Assembly: GCA_963793485.1 (NCBI GenBank)
Contig: CAWCAB010000003.1
Span: 672,139-736,138 of the forward strand
Length of the DNA: 64,000 bases
Direction: 5' to 3'
DNA from: an uncultured Bacteroidota bacterium
Lineage (GTDB): Bacteria; Bacteroidota; Bacteroidia; Bacteroidales; B18-G4
Shown: piece after piece, positions 63,595 to 64,000 of the stretch
Numbering within the stretch: position 1 is the first letter of the stretch
How the letters are laid out: every line of letters begins with the position of its first letter
Program-made: the position numbers and the translations under genes
Notes under the pieces: model-generated
Database searches by the model: none
Seen by the model: the letters and a program-made list of their open reading frames with translations, nothing else
Told to the model about the DNA's origin: nothing

Positions 63595-64000
63595 TATTTC
63601 ATGTCATAAATAGAAAAATCCCCATCCTTTTTCTTATCCTCCTTCTTCGACCTCTCCCGGGTATATTCCTGGAATGGCCTGCTGAGTTTGCGGATGAAGG
63701 TTTGTTGCTTTTTGTAATAGGGAAGGGAGATGGAGGAGGAGCGTTTCTCTGGTGGAATTTTCTTTTCCAGGTTTTCAAAGATCTCCTCAATATAATCGCG
63801 TGCCAGCTGCATGCTGATCTCGATGTAATCATGAATGTAGATCTGCATTTTTTTTGTCTTTTCGTCCGACATCAGGGAATCTACCACTTCCTCGGTGATC
63901 AGGTCCAGTGCAATGTGCATGTCGGGTGTGCTGAAGCCAGCGGCAAAACGTTCAACCACTACATCGTCGATATAGTTGATAATAAAGCTCCTGTCACCAC
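63594..64000 (-). CDS. hypothetical protein, 5'-partial (frame open to window end)
   Basis: The reading frame stays open upstream of the listed GTG (..GDRSFIINYIDDVVVERFAAGF..). Lys/Glu-rich C-terminus. No family recognised. Confidence 0.4.
   Translation of the reverse strand, partial: GDRSFIINYIDDVVVERFAAGFSTPDMHIALDLITEEVVDSLMSDEKTKKMQIYIHDYIEISMQLARDYIEEIFENLEKKIPPEKRSSSISLPYYKKQQTFIRKLSRPFQEYTRERSKKEDKKKDGDFSIYDMK

Noticed and set aside
1-64000. Mobile genetic element, prophage or defence island
   Set aside because: I recognised no integrase, transposase, phage structural, restriction-modification, toxin-antitoxin or cas-like gene. The lone tRNA-Gly has no adjacent integrase or direct repeat of its 3' end that I could see.

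Overview
This 64-kb chromosomal segment looks like Bacteroidota. The evidence is T9SS C-terminal sorting domains, FISUMP, DUF5916-like and CarboxypepD_reg-TonB proteins, TAnnTTTG-type -7 boxes and mostly SD-less starts. The gene content suggests an anaerobe. I call about 52 protein genes and one tRNA-Gly(CCC). From 0 to 7 kb there is a run of four T9SS-secreted proteins. From 7 to 46 kb the genes are housekeeping or accessory: two FtsX/MacB-type permeases, a sulfatase, ubiE, a geranylgeranyl-reductase-family gene, GH47, a TonB-dependent receptor, a LytTR two-component pair, a CaCA antiporter, an S9 peptidase, a PfkB kinase, a macro-domain protein, NfeD, IMPase, MtaB, EamA and DASS transporters, carbamate kinase, and an MMPL/RND exporter with a decayed LolA-like partner. 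From 46.3 to 63.6 kb lies a complete [NiFe]-hydrogenase island. It comprises hypA-hypB-rex, hypF-C-D-E, a Crp/Fnr regulator, and an eight-gene operon encoding HdrA/QmoA-like, QmoC-like (FeS plus 6-TM), HdrA/QmoB-like, MvhD, small and large Mvh-type subunits, the maturation endopeptidase and a Cys-rich protein. This hydrogenase plus Qmo/Hdr-like membrane module has no HdrBC and no apr, sat or dsr partner in view, and it is the best candidate for an undescribed system. The most unusual non-genic signal is that most intergenic spacers are built from drifting heptanucleotide tandem arrays, plus a 9-mer family. These resemble cyanobacterial STRRs, reuse a small word vocabulary, run into stop codons, and are embedded in-frame in three T9SS sorting domains. 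Three genes carry homopolymer-associated frameshifts: hypE, the hydrogenase small subunit and the LolA-like gene. These may be real decay or sequencing error. I saw no transposase, integrase, CRISPR array, rRNA or recognisable defence system. All family calls come from reading motifs by eye; no searches were run.
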